A stretch of DNA of 63,017 bases from an uncultured Peptococcaceae bacterium (GCA_949289995.1 CASEQE010000046.1:1-63017), one strand, 5' to 3'. Numbered from the stretch's first letter, positions 28,998 through 39,152 are shown. Numbers and translations are program-made. The notes: generated by a model not told the origin, from the sequence alone.

Positions 28998-31900
28998 TCA
29001 GCGGATGGTTACGGTTTGCTCTTGGCCGCTGCAGCGGGAAGCGGCCTGGCTATGGCGCAGGTATGGGGCTTCGGCAATAAAACTGCCGCCGCTTTGTACT
29101 CGGGCCGCATAGGATACCTGGCCGGAAAGTTCTTCTCCCGCTTCTTTATACACGGTGAAGGTCAAAACCTGCCCTTGCTTACCGCAAAACCAAAATTCTT
29201 TGCCGGCAGCGTTTTGGGTGTTAAAAATTTGCTTGATAAAATCCAATCCTGCCGGCAGATAATCGACAATTTCATAGCTGCCTGCCGGCGCTTGGGCAGG
29301 GATGTGATAGTTCAGGGTGACGGTTACCGGCTGATCGGCAGCAAGCGTTGCCGCTCCCTGGTTGTAGCTACGGCTGAGTTGCAGATTCCAGGCGTCGCTT
29401 CCGGCGTCTTCAGGATAGCCCGGTTCCCAGGAGGCCACGGTTACGCCAATTTCCCCTTCCCAGGAGAGCAGTTGCCATTGGGCCGCCTGCTGTTGGCTAA
29501 GCGTAACGCCCCATACGCCCTGCCGGGTTAGATCTACCGTGATTTCCTCGCCGTCCAGGCTGTAGCAAAAGACGGCTGCTTCGCCAGCCTGGCTGAGATG
29601 GGCTTGCAAAATCAGCAAACGTTGCAACAGGTAATATTCATCTTGCGGATGATTATCCTCCACATATTCCAGCAAGGCCTGGGCGCCAGGAAGATCATAA
29701 ATTCCCGCCAGCAGCGCCAGATTGGCCGTATCTTCTATGGATTGATTGGCGGCAAAAACCAAATTGCCGTCTTCATCGCTGTATAGGGCGAAGATTTCTT
29801 CCGCCAAAGGTTGGGCGGCAGCGCCGTCTCCCAAATCGGTTAAGGCTAGGGCCAAGTAGATTTGGCTTAGCGCATCGGTTTCCCCGCCGGCTTGTTCCAC
29901 ATGGGCGATCAGGTCGTTTAATACCGGTTGATTCAAAGCGGCCAAACCCCAATAGGCCAGGGCGGTTTGCTGATTCCAGGCTTGGCCTGTAAAGCTTTGG
30001 AAATAAGCGGCCAGCGCCTGTTGGTCAAAGCAGTCTGGCGCTACCGCGGCGGCGAGAACCGATACCAACAAATCGCTTTGGCTATAGGTAAAGGAGGATA
30101 TGCCGCCGTCTGCGCGCTGATATTGGCTAAGCAGAGCGATTTCTGCAGATTGATCCTCTTGGCCGATTACGCCCTGTTCCGGGAAAAAGGCGGCCAAATC
30201 CCGTTTGGCAACCAAAGCCGCCAAACGTTGTTCCAGCCGGGCGCCGCTTTGCTGGGAAAGATCCAACAAACCGCTGACAACCTGTTGCCGCCAGCTGGGG
30301 TAGAAATATAGGCGCAACACGTCGCTTTGCCGTTGGGGCAGAACAAAATCTTCGCTTAGAATATAATCGTCTCTTTGTTCATGGCCGGCTAAAGTATCTA
30401 CCACCTGGAAGGAATAGATGATACGGTCGGTGTGGTTGCCGTATTGGGCGGCTATTTCCAGGGTATAATCGCCGCTTTGGCTAAAGGCGGGCAGGGTGAT
30501 TTCCGTCCAAGCGCCGATATCTCCTTCCGCCGTGGTATTGATATCCAATTGGGGCAGGGAAATACGATAGGAAACTTTTTCCCCGTCTATCGTCTCCTGA
30601 GCGGCGGCCCGCAGGCCCACGTCCAATTGATCTCCCAGCCGGTATGCGTCGGCAATCCGGGCTTCGGCAAAAAAGTCCAAGCTGGCCTGGAGGGTAAGTT
30701 CTTCATAGGCGCAAACCGGTCCTTCGGCATAGCCTTGGGCGGTGACCCGCCAGCCGGTTACGTCATCGGGCAAGGTAAATTCCAGGCTGGCCCGGCCTTG
30801 AGCGTCGGCGTCCACTACCGCGAAATAGGCCATATCGGCAAAATCTTCCCGGCTGCCGCCGTCGCCGGCGCCTCCGGCCTCAGCGCTTTCAAAGGTTTGG
30901 GCGTCGCCTTTGGTTGCGTTTAAGGCAAAAATTTCATAGACAAAGGGATAGTAGTCATCTACTATGCCGGAGACAATATCGTTTTGGTTTTCCGCAATAG
31001 ACAGCAGGCTTTCGTCCACCACGCTAACGGCAATTTTTCCTGCCAGGGGCTGACCGTTTTGATCGGTGAAGCGCAGATCCAAGGTAACCCGATCCCCTGG
31101 TTGGTAAGAGGGTTGATCCGGGGTGATTTGAATATTGCCCCGGTAATCCTCTGGATCTTGGCAGGCCTGATAGGGCAGGACGTCGGTATAGGCGCCGTTT
31201 TGATACGCTACCGCGCTGATATAGATATTGGGCGTATCGGCGGCGGAAAATTGCCGCTGGTAGAGGTTTTCTTCCGTGGTTTGATAATCGATAATCTGGT
31301 TTTGGCTGGCGAAAAAGAGCATTTGATCCATTTTTTCCGCCGCCATCGCCGTACCGCCACCGTCGGTAACCTGTAGGTTGATGGTTTCGCCTTGACGGTA
31401 AAAGTGGTCTTGTTCTTTATCCTGGCTTTGCAGCAGAAAGATTTGATATTCGTTTTGCCGCCACAGATAGAACACCCGTTTCAGCGGATTGCCGGCGGCG
31501 TCTTCGCCGGTGATTTCCAGACGGTAATTGTCCTGGGGATAGGCCAGGGTTCCGCTGAAGGAGATTTCCCGGGTATCGTTCAAAGTCAGCTCAAACTGGT
31601 CTTCTGTTTCTTCATAGCTGCGGTAGACGGTATGTTCTTCCAATTGTTGGGTATAGGCGTTGTATTGGCTTTCCGTTTCCTGGCGGTAACCGTTATGGAT
31701 CAGGGTGGCGGTTAGCTTCAGCGGTTGAGCAAGGGAGGTATAGACTTGTTCTTTTAATGCTTCATCCGTTTCATAGGGCTGCAAATTGGCGATATCCACC
31801 GAGTAGCCCTGCAGGGTCAGTTGATAGCCGTCGCCTTGATTGGTCAATTCCCCTTCTACTTCCACTTGGTTGAGGAACACGTCGCAATAGCCTTCGGCAT

Positions 31901-34187
31901 AGATTTCGCCCCCTTCCGGCAAAGTGGCGCGTACAAACATTCCCGCCGGGTAGAGAATAGAATCCCAGCCCAAAACATCGCCGTGTATGGTCGTTTCCAC
32001 CGTGGCCTGGCCGTTTCTGTCGGTAACGATTTGCGCCTCCGGCTGATCCCAGAAGCTATAGGTTAGGGCTATGCCGGCGGCGGGGGTGCCGTCGAAATAG
32101 GCGGCTTCTATGGTCCAGGTTATGCTCTCTCCCACCATTGCCGCCTGGCGGTCGCAGCTTACCTGTAGCTGATAGGAAGGCAAGTCGTAGTTGGCCACCT
32201 GGAAAAATACGCTGTCCAGCACCATTTCTCCGCTGACGGCTTCCAAAGTATAATAGCCTTCCTGCAATTGGGGCAATTGGATTTCTCCTTCATAAGTTCC
32301 GTCTTGCACCGGCAAATCCCAAGTCAAACTATTTCCATCTCCAGGCAAATTGCCGCCGCTTAAACGGATTTCCACTTGGGAAATTTCTGCCGCATTTTGT
32401 TTAGCTTCGGCTACGCCAAACAGATATACCGTGTCGCCGGGACGGTACAGGGTGCGATCGCTATAGAGGTAATGCCAATAGTCAAAGCGCAGCGAGTCGG
32501 TTTCCCCCTGATTGTATTGACGGAACAAGGCCTGCATATTTATGGCTGCCGCCGCCAGGGTATGTTGGCCGTTGTCGATAATATATACGGTACGGCCTTG
32601 GTTGACGCCGTCGGGCAATGACAGAAGGGCTGTGCCTTGGTCGTCGGTTTTGGCGCTTTCCTTGGCGTCGTAGATGTGAATTTGCGCCGTAGCCGCTTCT
32701 TCGCCGTTATGCACCCAAAGCAGCGCATCGGTTTCTCCCTGGGCAATATATACGGCCAAGGGGGAGACGGTGAACAGGGCCTGTTTGGTTTGGCCGTACC
32801 AGGTTATTTCCGCCAGATAACTGCCTTCCGGCAGAGCTTGGGCCAGATTGATTTGGAATAGGGAGCTTTGCTCCGAAGATTGTACCGGAGCTATGGTAAA
32901 GCTAGCGTAGGTTTGCAGCGCCGCCGTGGCCAATTTTTGTTCGCCGGCGTTGCTGGTCCAGAAATAATTTCCATAGCGTTGGGCCAAAGCCGCCGCATAT
33001 TGTTCCGTTTGTTCATAGGCGTACAGGGTAACTTCCGCCGTGGGAATTTCCCCGTTTTTTTCTTCGCCCCAAGCGTATAACTGGAGGCAGGGGATGGTAT
33101 CCGGGGCAAAATTGCTTTCGTCGTTTTCGATTTGCCAGGATACCGCGGTTTCCTCGCCGGCTTGACGATCCGGGGCGGTTTGAAAACGATACACTTTTTC
33201 TTCGCCCAAAACGCTGCCGCTGGCGGCGCTTAGGGAAGCGTCCAAGGTGATTTCATAGACGGTTTCGCCGGCTAAGGGCTGTTGGGGAATGAAAATCAGC
33301 CGTCTGCCTTGCACCTGCCATTGGCCGGGAATTTCCGGGAAAATGCTTGCGGCTTTCGCCGCCGCATCGTCGATTTCCTGATTGAAGGTTATGGTTACGC
33401 CGCTAGATACGTCCACCCACACGCTTAAGTCTTGGGGATGAACCGTTTCCACGGCAAAGGGGCTTTCTGTTTGGAAGGCCCAGGTATGGGAGGCCCGCAA
33501 AGGCAAACCTGCCAAATACCGCTCCGGATCGAAGCTCAGGGTATAGACTTTTTCTTCGGTCAAAGGATTTTCGGGGGTGATCACCGCGGAAACGCCGCCG
33601 TTTTCCAACGACAGTTGGTATTCGGTGGCAGGGGTGATGATCAAAGCCTGTTGCACCAGTTCTTCGCTTAAGGATTGTTCGGCGGTAATGACGAAGCTTT
33701 CCACGGCGCCGGCGGCATTGGTTTGGGCGGTCACCTCTATGGCGCCGCTAAAGCTGCTGGGCAAGCCGTCGCTGCCGTGAAAATACTGCAGGACGCTGAA
33801 CACGCCGATAAACATGATCAGTGCCGCCGCCAAAGAGGCCAGCCAAGTGCGGCTGATTTTGGGAGAACGGCCGCCTTTGCCGCCTTTGCCGCCGGCTACC
33901 AGGCTGGGCCGCCGTTTGCAGGCCTTCTTATCCGCCGCCGTTTCCGTAAAGGCCGCCGTTTCCGTGGAGGCTTGGCAAGCCTGTTCCTCTGGGGTGAGAA
34001 TACCGCGCATATCCGTCAATTCCGCCCAGCGTAGTTGATCCCAGTCTGGTTTTTCTCCTTTTTCCGCCAGATAGGCGGATTGGCGTAAGACGTGCTCAAA
34101 CCAGGAAGGCGCGGTTTGTTTGGCCACATCCTCCCCGGTTTGCCGAAAATACTCGTTTAGCACATGTTCCACCCGTTGTGCTTCCAT
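28998..34187 (-). CDS. Membrane-anchored alpha-2-macroglobulin-family protein: cytoplasmic N-terminus, TM, Ig-like domains, MG domains; no thioester Cys; probable anti-sigma factor
   Basis: SDRTLYRPGDTV (MG2), YQPGDRV, VSVVDESLL, REDFADMAYF...FTLPDDVTGWRVTA (A2M domain), YQRADGG, IVDYLPAGL; single TM near residues 115-136. Confidence 0.82.
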   Translation of the reverse strand: MEAQRVEHVLNEYFRQTGEDVAKQTAPSWFEHVLRQSAYLAEKGEKPDWDQLRWAELTDMRGILTPEEQACQASTETAAFTETAADKKACKRRPSLVAGGKGGKGGRSPKISRTWLASLAAALIMFIGVFSVLQYFHGSDGLPSSFSGAIEVTAQTNAAGAVESFVITAEQSLSEELVQQALIITPATEYQLSLENGGVSAVITPENPLTEEKVYTLSFDPERYLAGLPLRASHTWAFQTESPFAVETVHPQDLSVWVDVSSGVTITFNQEIDDAAAKAASIFPEIPGQWQVQGRRLIFIPQQPLAGETVYEITLDASLSAASGSVLGEEKVYRFQTAPDRQAGEETAVSWQIENDESNFAPDTIPCLQLYAWGEEKNGEIPTAEVTLYAYEQTEQYAAALAQRYGNYFWTSNAGEQKLATAALQTYASFTIAPVQSSEQSSLFQINLAQALPEGSYLAEITWYGQTKQALFTVSPLAVYIAQGETDALLWVHNGEEAATAQIHIYDAKESAKTDDQGTALLSLPDGVNQGRTVYIIDNGQHTLAAAAINMQALFRQYNQGETDSLRFDYWHYLYSDRTLYRPGDTVYLFGVAEAKQNAAEISQVEIRLSGGNLPGDGNSLTWDLPVQDGTYEGEIQLPQLQEGYYTLEAVSGEMVLDSVFFQVANYDLPSYQLQVSCDRQAAMVGESITWTIEAAYFDGTPAAGIALTYSFWDQPEAQIVTDRNGQATVETTIHGDVLGWDSILYPAGMFVRATLPEGGEIYAEGYCDVFLNQVEVEGELTNQGDGYQLTLQGYSVDIANLQPYETDEALKEQVYTSLAQPLKLTATLIHNGYRQETESQYNAYTQQLEEHTVYRSYEETEDQFELTLNDTREISFSGTLAYPQDNYRLEITGEDAAGNPLKRVFYLWRQNEYQIFLLQSQDKEQDHFYRQGETINLQVTDGGGTAMAAEKMDQMLFFASQNQIIDYQTTEENLYQRQFSAADTPNIYISAVAYQNGAYTDVLPYQACQDPEDYRGNIQITPDQPSYQPGDRVTLDLRFTDQNGQPLAGKIAVSVVDESLLSIAENQNDIVSGIVDDYYPFVYEIFALNATKGDAQTFESAEAGGAGDGGSREDFADMAYFAVVDADAQGRASLEFTLPDDVTGWRVTAQGYAEGPVCAYEELTLQASLDFFAEARIADAYRLGDQLDVGLRAAAQETIDGEKVSYRISLPQLDINTTAEGDIGAWTEITLPAFSQSGDYTLEIAAQYGNHTDRIIYSFQVVDTLAGHEQRDDYILSEDFVLPQRQSDVLRLYFYPSWRQQVVSGLLDLSQQSGARLEQRLAALVAKRDLAAFFPEQGVIGQEDQSAEIALLSQYQRADGGISSFTYSQSDLLVSVLAAAVAPDCFDQQALAAYFQSFTGQAWNQQTALAYWGLAALNQPVLNDLIAHVEQAGGETDALSQIYLALALTDLGDGAAAQPLAEEIFALYSDEDGNLVFAANQSIEDTANLALLAGIYDLPGAQALLEYVEDNHPQDEYYLLQRLLILQAHLSQAGEAAVFCYSLDGEEITVDLTRQGVWGVTLSQQQAAQWQLLSWEGEIGVTVASWEPGYPEDAGSDAWNLQLSRSYNQGAATLAADQPVTVTLNYHIPAQAPAGSYEIVDYLPAGLDFIKQIFNTQNAAGKEFWFCGKQGQVLTFTVYKEAGEELSGQVSYAARVQSGGSFIAEAPYLRHSQAASRCSGQEQTVTIR

Positions 34188-34192
34188 AGAGC

Positions 34193-34729
34193 TTACGCTC
34201 CTTTCATCGCTTCCTTTTGCTTTTGCGCATCGTTGGCAAGCAATAGCGAACGCAATTCACCGATGGCGCGGTGCAGCCGGGATTTCACAGTGCCTTCGGG
34301 AATATTCAGCACGGCGGCGATTTCCGCATATTCGTAGTTGAGATAATAACGAAGCAGCAGCGGCTCCCGATAATGTATAGGGAGTGCGGAAACGGCTTGC
34401 CGTACTGCCAGCTGTTCCGCTTGGCTGATTTGCCCGCTTTCGCCGCAGGATAGTTCCAAAGGAGATTCCACGGGGATTTCCCGGCGTTTCTTTTCCTTCA
34501 GCCGGGTTTTGCAAATATTAATCAATACCCGTTTGCTCCAGGCGGGAAAAGCTGCTTCCTCCCGTATACCGGCGCTTTTTTCCATAATGACCACCGATAA
34601 TTGGGATACGGCATCCATACTGTCGGCTTCGTTGCCCATAAACGAATAGGCCAAACGATAGTATTGGTTGCGGTTGGCAATCACATAATCCAGAAAACGT
34701 TCGCATTGCTCTTTATTTTGAATGTCCAT
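34193..34729 (-). CDS. ECF RNA polymerase sigma factor (SigV-like)
   Basis: Region 2 YRLAYSFMGNEADSMDAV...WSKRVLINIC; region 4 EIAAVLNIPEGTVKSRLHRA. Confidence 0.93.
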   Translation of the reverse strand: MDIQNKEQCERFLDYVIANRNQYYRLAYSFMGNEADSMDAVSQLSVVIMEKSAGIREEAAFPAWSKRVLINICKTRLKEKKRREIPVESPLELSCGESGQISQAEQLAVRQAVSALPIHYREPLLLRYYLNYEYAEIAAVLNIPEGTVKSRLHRAIGELRSLLLANDAQKQKEAMKGA

Positions 34730-34814
34730 AGAGCCTCCTTAAGAGCTCCTATCAATAGGAGGTAAAATAGCCTGCGCTTTGTTCCCAAGGAAAACGATTT
34801 TTCTTAAACGTTTC

Positions 34815-37007
34815 TTAATAATTGGCTTCCGGAGCGTTGGACGCCGGTTGGTTGTCTTCCGGCGGATTCAGTAAGCCGTAACGGGTGGTGTCGTAGCGAT
34901 CCTGATCCAGATATTTTACGATGTAATACTGGTGATAATCCAATTCCATAAAACTATTATATTGGGCTACGTCGGAGACGGCGCTTTCATTAAGAATCCG
35001 CGCTATGTCTTCAGACGTATCGTAGACGGTTTCGGTTTCGTTGCCGTCATCGTCCGTTTGATAGTGGATGATACGGCGAATATCCTCCGGCCGGTCCTGC
35101 CAGATCATATTGTCGTATCCCAAATCTGCCAAAGCGGCCAAGGTTTGTTCAAAACAAGGGTACAGGGGATAGCAATAATAGACGTAGGCTTGGCTGTTTA
35201 GCTGTTCTAGATTGGCGTCGCCGTCTATATCCTGTATGTAACTGCGAAAAGACAAGGTGCCGATGGGTTGATTGCGCCGCATATATTCTGGGGTTAGGTT
35301 TTTCAATTCTGTTTCAAAAGCCGTGAGCAGAGGGGACAATTTTTCCGCCTGCCATCTTAGAAATTGGGGATCGTCTTTCCATTGGTTGTAACGATAGTCC
35401 ACAAAGGAATATATACTTTCCAGACGCACGTTTTGCGGATTTTGTTGAAATAGCAAATATTGTCCATCCAAGAAATTGCGGCTGCTATAAATTACGTCTA
35501 ATTCTTGGGCAATATCTGCCAAGGGAAGGGTGACGTTTACATATTTGCGGGCGGTTTGGCTGCCGTCTTTGAAGGTATATAGGAGATAGCAGCCGAAGAC
35601 TTGGCGATAGGCGGCTTGGTTTGCGTCTTCGTCTTGGTCTGGATCTTGGTTTTTTTGCGCTTGTTCCGCGGCCATTAGTTTTTTCTGTATGGATATGGCG
35701 GCGGCGATTTCTTCTTCCGTGGTTAGCGGGCCTTGGGCCAATTCCTTGCGAAGTTCTTCCGGGGTAGAGGAGCGCATGGAAAAATCGTCTTGGGCCACGT
35801 TGATGATATAGTCTTCGTAAACATAACTGGCCACCCCGTCGAGGCGGATTTCCACCTGGGCGGTTTGTTCCAAGGTAGGCGTAAAGCGGTTGAAACCGGC
35901 GACGTCGAAAATATTTACGCCGATGGCGGCCGCCAAACAGAGGCAGAACACGGCCAACCCCCGGAGATGCCGTTTGTAAGCTTTAAAATCTCCTTGAAGA
36001 ACGATTTCAAAGGTTTGGCAGGCCAAAACGCCGCCGATCAAACAGCCGAACAGCAGCCAACCATAGGGCAAGCCGGCCAAAGTAGCGCCGCCGGTTTCCT
36101 GCAACAACGCCGCCAGCCCCAAAGCGGCCCATAACGCCACGATATATTTTAGTAGCGGCTCCGCCCAGCGAAAGGTCACCGCCCGGCCGGCGGCTTCCGA
36201 AGGCCGGCGCAAATGTAGGGCCAAAGCGGCGGCGGCCAATAGCGCCGTGCCGGCGCCGATCCATAGATAGTCCGTAGCCAGCAGCTGATTTTCTTTAGCG
36301 GCCTGTATATAGCGGGCTAAAGGGCTGCTCCAAAAGAGAGGGGTTTGCCAATCGTATAATTCCCCGTAAAAGTTGGGATAAAAACAGGACGCCAGCTTGC
36401 GGATAATCCAGATGAAACTGGGAAAAACGCCCAGAAAAAACAGGGTTAAAGCGGTGGATATGGCCTGTATTCCTGTTAATTCCGTAGCCAGCGCCGCGGT
36501 GAAAAACAGCGCCAGGGAAAACAGCAGATGATTTGCCAAACCGGTCAGTACGGGTAAGCCCTGCATCAAGGGAGCCATGCCCATAATCCAGGCTACCAAT
36601 AAGGCCAAAAGCAAATTTAGCGCATAGGCGCTCCATAAGGAAAGCAAGGCGGCGGCGCTGCGGCTGAAAAACAGACGGCCGCGGGATATGGGCAGGGAAT
36701 GATAAAAATCCACCTGTTTTTTATCGTTGAGATAGGCGAAAAATGCCCAGGCCACCATTAAAGAACCGGCGGTGGTCACGCATAGCGTCGGTATATTGGC
36801 CAAACCAAATAATTCCTGCAAAAGCCTGGCGATTTGTTCGCTTTCCAGGACGCTTTCCGCCCCTTTTTGCCAATGGATATGGTTTTGTAGGGTCAGGGCG
36901 CAATGTACCGGCAAGGCGAAAAAATAGGCGATAAACGACCAGGCGAAAGCCCAAGGTTTTCCGCCGGCGGTGCGCAGGGTTTTACAGAAAGAGGGTTTGA
37001 AAATCAT
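34815..37007 (-). CDS. ABC transporter permease with a large C-terminal soluble domain
   Basis: About 10 hydrophobic segments; DFYHSLPISR motif; overlaps the ATPase gene. Confidence 0.8.
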   Translation of the reverse strand: MIFKPSFCKTLRTAGGKPWAFAWSFIAYFFALPVHCALTLQNHIHWQKGAESVLESEQIARLLQELFGLANIPTLCVTTAGSLMVAWAFFAYLNDKKQVDFYHSLPISRGRLFFSRSAAALLSLWSAYALNLLLALLVAWIMGMAPLMQGLPVLTGLANHLLFSLALFFTAALATELTGIQAISTALTLFFLGVFPSFIWIIRKLASCFYPNFYGELYDWQTPLFWSSPLARYIQAAKENQLLATDYLWIGAGTALLAAAALALHLRRPSEAAGRAVTFRWAEPLLKYIVALWAALGLAALLQETGGATLAGLPYGWLLFGCLIGGVLACQTFEIVLQGDFKAYKRHLRGLAVFCLCLAAAIGVNIFDVAGFNRFTPTLEQTAQVEIRLDGVASYVYEDYIINVAQDDFSMRSSTPEELRKELAQGPLTTEEEIAAAISIQKKLMAAEQAQKNQDPDQDEDANQAAYRQVFGCYLLYTFKDGSQTARKYVNVTLPLADIAQELDVIYSSRNFLDGQYLLFQQNPQNVRLESIYSFVDYRYNQWKDDPQFLRWQAEKLSPLLTAFETELKNLTPEYMRRNQPIGTLSFRSYIQDIDGDANLEQLNSQAYVYYCYPLYPCFEQTLAALADLGYDNMIWQDRPEDIRRIIHYQTDDDGNETETVYDTSEDIARILNESAVSDVAQYNSFMELDYHQYYIVKYLDQDRYDTTRYGLLNPPEDNQPASNAPEANY

Positions 37008-37881
37008 AACCGGCTACCTCCGTTTCGTAAATAAAGGCTTCTTCCAGGCTGATCGGCAACATTTCCATATAAATAGGATCTTTATCGGCGATCCGGCGGC
37101 GAATTTCTTCCTTTTGGCCGCGGAAAATCAAAGTATACATACGGCCGCTTTGTTTGAAATTGATCAATTGCATCCCGACGAAAGCACGAGGATAAACCGG
37201 GTAGGGGAAAACCGCCTGCACTTTATGGAGCCCGCTTTTTAAGTCGTCCAACTCCTGGGCCAACAACAATCCCCCTTGATACAATAGGCCGATATGATCG
37301 CAAATATCCTCCAGTTCCCGTAAATTATGGGAGGCGAGAACCGGCGTCAATCCTCGGGAGGCCACTTCTTCAGCAAGCAGGCTTTTCACTGTGCGGCGCA
37401 TAACCGGATCCAAACCGTCCATGGTTTCGTCGCAGTATAGATAAGGCACGTTGGCGCATAAGGCCAGCAATGCCGCTAATTGTTTTTTCATCCCTTTGGA
37501 GAAGGCGGCGATTTTGCGGTTGGCGTCTAAATGCAAAGCGTTTAAAAATTTGCGAAACCGTTGGCTGTCGAAAGCAGGATACATGCCCCGATAATAATCT
37601 GCCATTTCTCCCGGGGTGGCGTTGGGAAAGAAATATGGATCGTCGGCTACATAAACCAGGCGTTTTTTGACGGCTTGGTTTTCGTATACCCGGGCGCCGT
37701 CGATTTCCACAGAGCCGGAATCCGGCCGATAAACGCCGCTAAGCAGGCGCAAAAAGGTACTTTTTCCCGCGCCGTTGGTTCCTAGCAGGCCGAATACCCC
37801 GCCGGAGCGTATGTTTACCGAAACATGATCCAGCGCTTGCAGCGGCCCGAAGCTTTTGCATAAGTCTTTGGTTTCAATCAT
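36982..37881 (-). CDS. ABC transporter ATP-binding protein (YtrB-like)
   Basis: GTNGAGKST, FSKGMKKQ, DETMDGLD, SHNL, SLEEAF. Confidence 0.92.
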   Translation of the reverse strand: MIETKDLCKSFGPLQALDHVSVNIRSGGVFGLLGTNGAGKSTFLRLLSGVYRPDSGSVEIDGARVYENQAVKKRLVYVADDPYFFPNATPGEMADYYRGMYPAFDSQRFRKFLNALHLDANRKIAAFSKGMKKQLAALLALCANVPYLYCDETMDGLDPVMRRTVKSLLAEEVASRGLTPVLASHNLRELEDICDHIGLLYQGGLLLAQELDDLKSGLHKVQAVFPYPVYPRAFVGMQLINFKQSGRMYTLIFRGQKEEIRRRIADKDPIYMEMLPISLEEAFIYETEVAGYDFQTLFL

Positions 37882-38273
37882 TTTTCTTCGCCCCCTTTGG
37901 CCGCGGTTTCTTCTTCGTATGCCCGATGGCAACAGGAAATCACGTCTTCCTGAGGGATATTGAGACGGCGGGCTTCCACGGCGTCATCAAATAGCCTCTC
38001 CAGCAGCTCCAAGCGTTTTTTGCGCAGCAATTTGCCGGATTCCTGGCAGATAAACGCCCCCCTGCCCGGCAGGGTGAAAATAACCCCTCGAGATTCCAGC
38101 TCGCCATAGGCTTTCTGGATGGTGTTGGGATTGATGGAAAGCTCGCTGGCCAAAGCCCGTACCGAAGGCAAACGGCTTTCCGGAGCCAAAACGCCGCATA
38201 AAGTTAGGCGTTCTATGTTTTCTACGATTTGTTGATACAGGGGTTTGTCGCTGCGATAATCAATGCTAAACAT
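37878..38273 (-). CDS. GntR-family regulator, YtrA subfamily
   Basis: PLYQQI, LPSVRALA, INPNTIQKAY, GRGAF; short C-terminus; heads an ABC operon. Confidence 0.92.
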   Translation of the reverse strand: MFSIDYRSDKPLYQQIVENIERLTLCGVLAPESRLPSVRALASELSINPNTIQKAYGELESRGVIFTLPGRGAFICQESGKLLRKKRLELLERLFDDAVEARRLNIPQEDVISCCHRAYEEETAAKGGEEK

Positions 38274-38340
38274 GGTTCCTCCTCGTCTTCCTGAGGCGCG
38301 CTGGCGCCGGGGGAAATCCCGCTGGATTCTATCGTTTAAC

Positions 38341-38402
38341 TGTACCATGTATTATAGTGTACTAACACATGTAGTATAGCTGAGTCAAAAGCCCGTTGTC
38401 AA
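38341..38402 (-). promoter_or_regulatory. sigmaA promoter overlapped by YtrA-type operator(s)
   Basis: TTGACA (38397-38402)-18 bp-TATACT (38373-38378); palindromes TGTACTA-7-TAGTATA (38358-38378) and TGTACCA-7-TAGTGTA (38341-38361). Confidence 0.7.
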
Positions 38403-38472
38403 GTGCTTGGGCAAAAAAGTAATAAATTTTTAAGAAACGCTTTCTTTTTGTCGTAAAGCCCCAGGTTTTAGC

Positions 38473-38589
38473 GGTTGGCGGCAGGGGCGCAGCTTGGCGC
38501 AGGGGAGCAGCTTGGGCGGTAGGGGCGCAGCTGGGCGCAGGGGCGTAGCTGGGCGGTGAGGGCGCAGGGGCGTAGGTTGGCGGCAGGGG
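38473..38589 (+). repeat. G-rich degenerate intergenic tandem repeat
   Basis: GGCGCAGGGG / GCAGCTTGGG variants bounded by identical GGTTGGCGGCAGGGG at 38473-38487 and 38575-38589. Confidence 0.75.
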
Positions 38590-38929
38590 TTGCCAGGGCG
38601 AAAACCGGAGCTTATAGGCGTTTTTCTCCAGCCGCCGGCAGTGGTTTGGTCGTTTTTTGGCAAATATTCGAGAGTTTACATATCGATTTTATCGATTTTT
38701 CTTTTTTTTGATGGAATACCAGGTATAAAGTACGCTTATCGTTAAAACGAATTGATATCTTTTGTAGTTTTCGGTATCCTATATACGATAAGTTGATTCA
38801 AATTCTCTTTTGCCGCTAAGCTTGTGGATAAGAAGCGTTTTCCTGCCGGTTTTGTCTACAGCCGCGGCGGGGGATTGATGATGGTTCCGTATTCGCCAAC
38901 GAGAAGAAACGAAAGGGAGGAAAACGTCT

Positions 38930-39139
38930 ATGCAAATCAGCGCCAGAAATCAGTTTAAAGGTACGATTGTGGAAATCAAAAAAGGGGCGGTAAACGGCAT
39001 CGTTAAAATCGATATCGGCGGCGGCCATGTGGTTAGCGCCACCATTTCTTTGGACGCCATCGAGCAATTGGCTTTGCGCGTAGGCAAGGAAGCTTATGCG
39101 GTGATCAAAGCCACATCGGTGATGGTGGCTACGGATTAG
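38930..39139 (+). CDS. mop: Molbindin (Mop/TOBE) molybdate-binding protein
   Basis: SARNQFKG...AVIKATSVM signature; GGAGG RBS. Confidence 0.92.
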   Translation: MQISARNQFKGTIVEIKKGAVNGIVKIDIGGGHVVSATISLDAIEQLALRVGKEAYAVIKATSVMVATD

Positions 39140-39152
39140 CCCCGCTTGGCGC

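Noticed and set aside
38735-38792. ModE box or Moco riboswitch upstream of mop (CTTATCGT...ACGATAAG inverted pair)
   Set aside because: Half-sites are 42 bp apart, far from ModE spacing, and no riboswitch core was recognisable
38823-38831. Single perfect DnaA box; also the near-match CGTGGATAA at 47742-47750
   Set aside because: Isolated 9-mers without a cluster or trios can occur by chance
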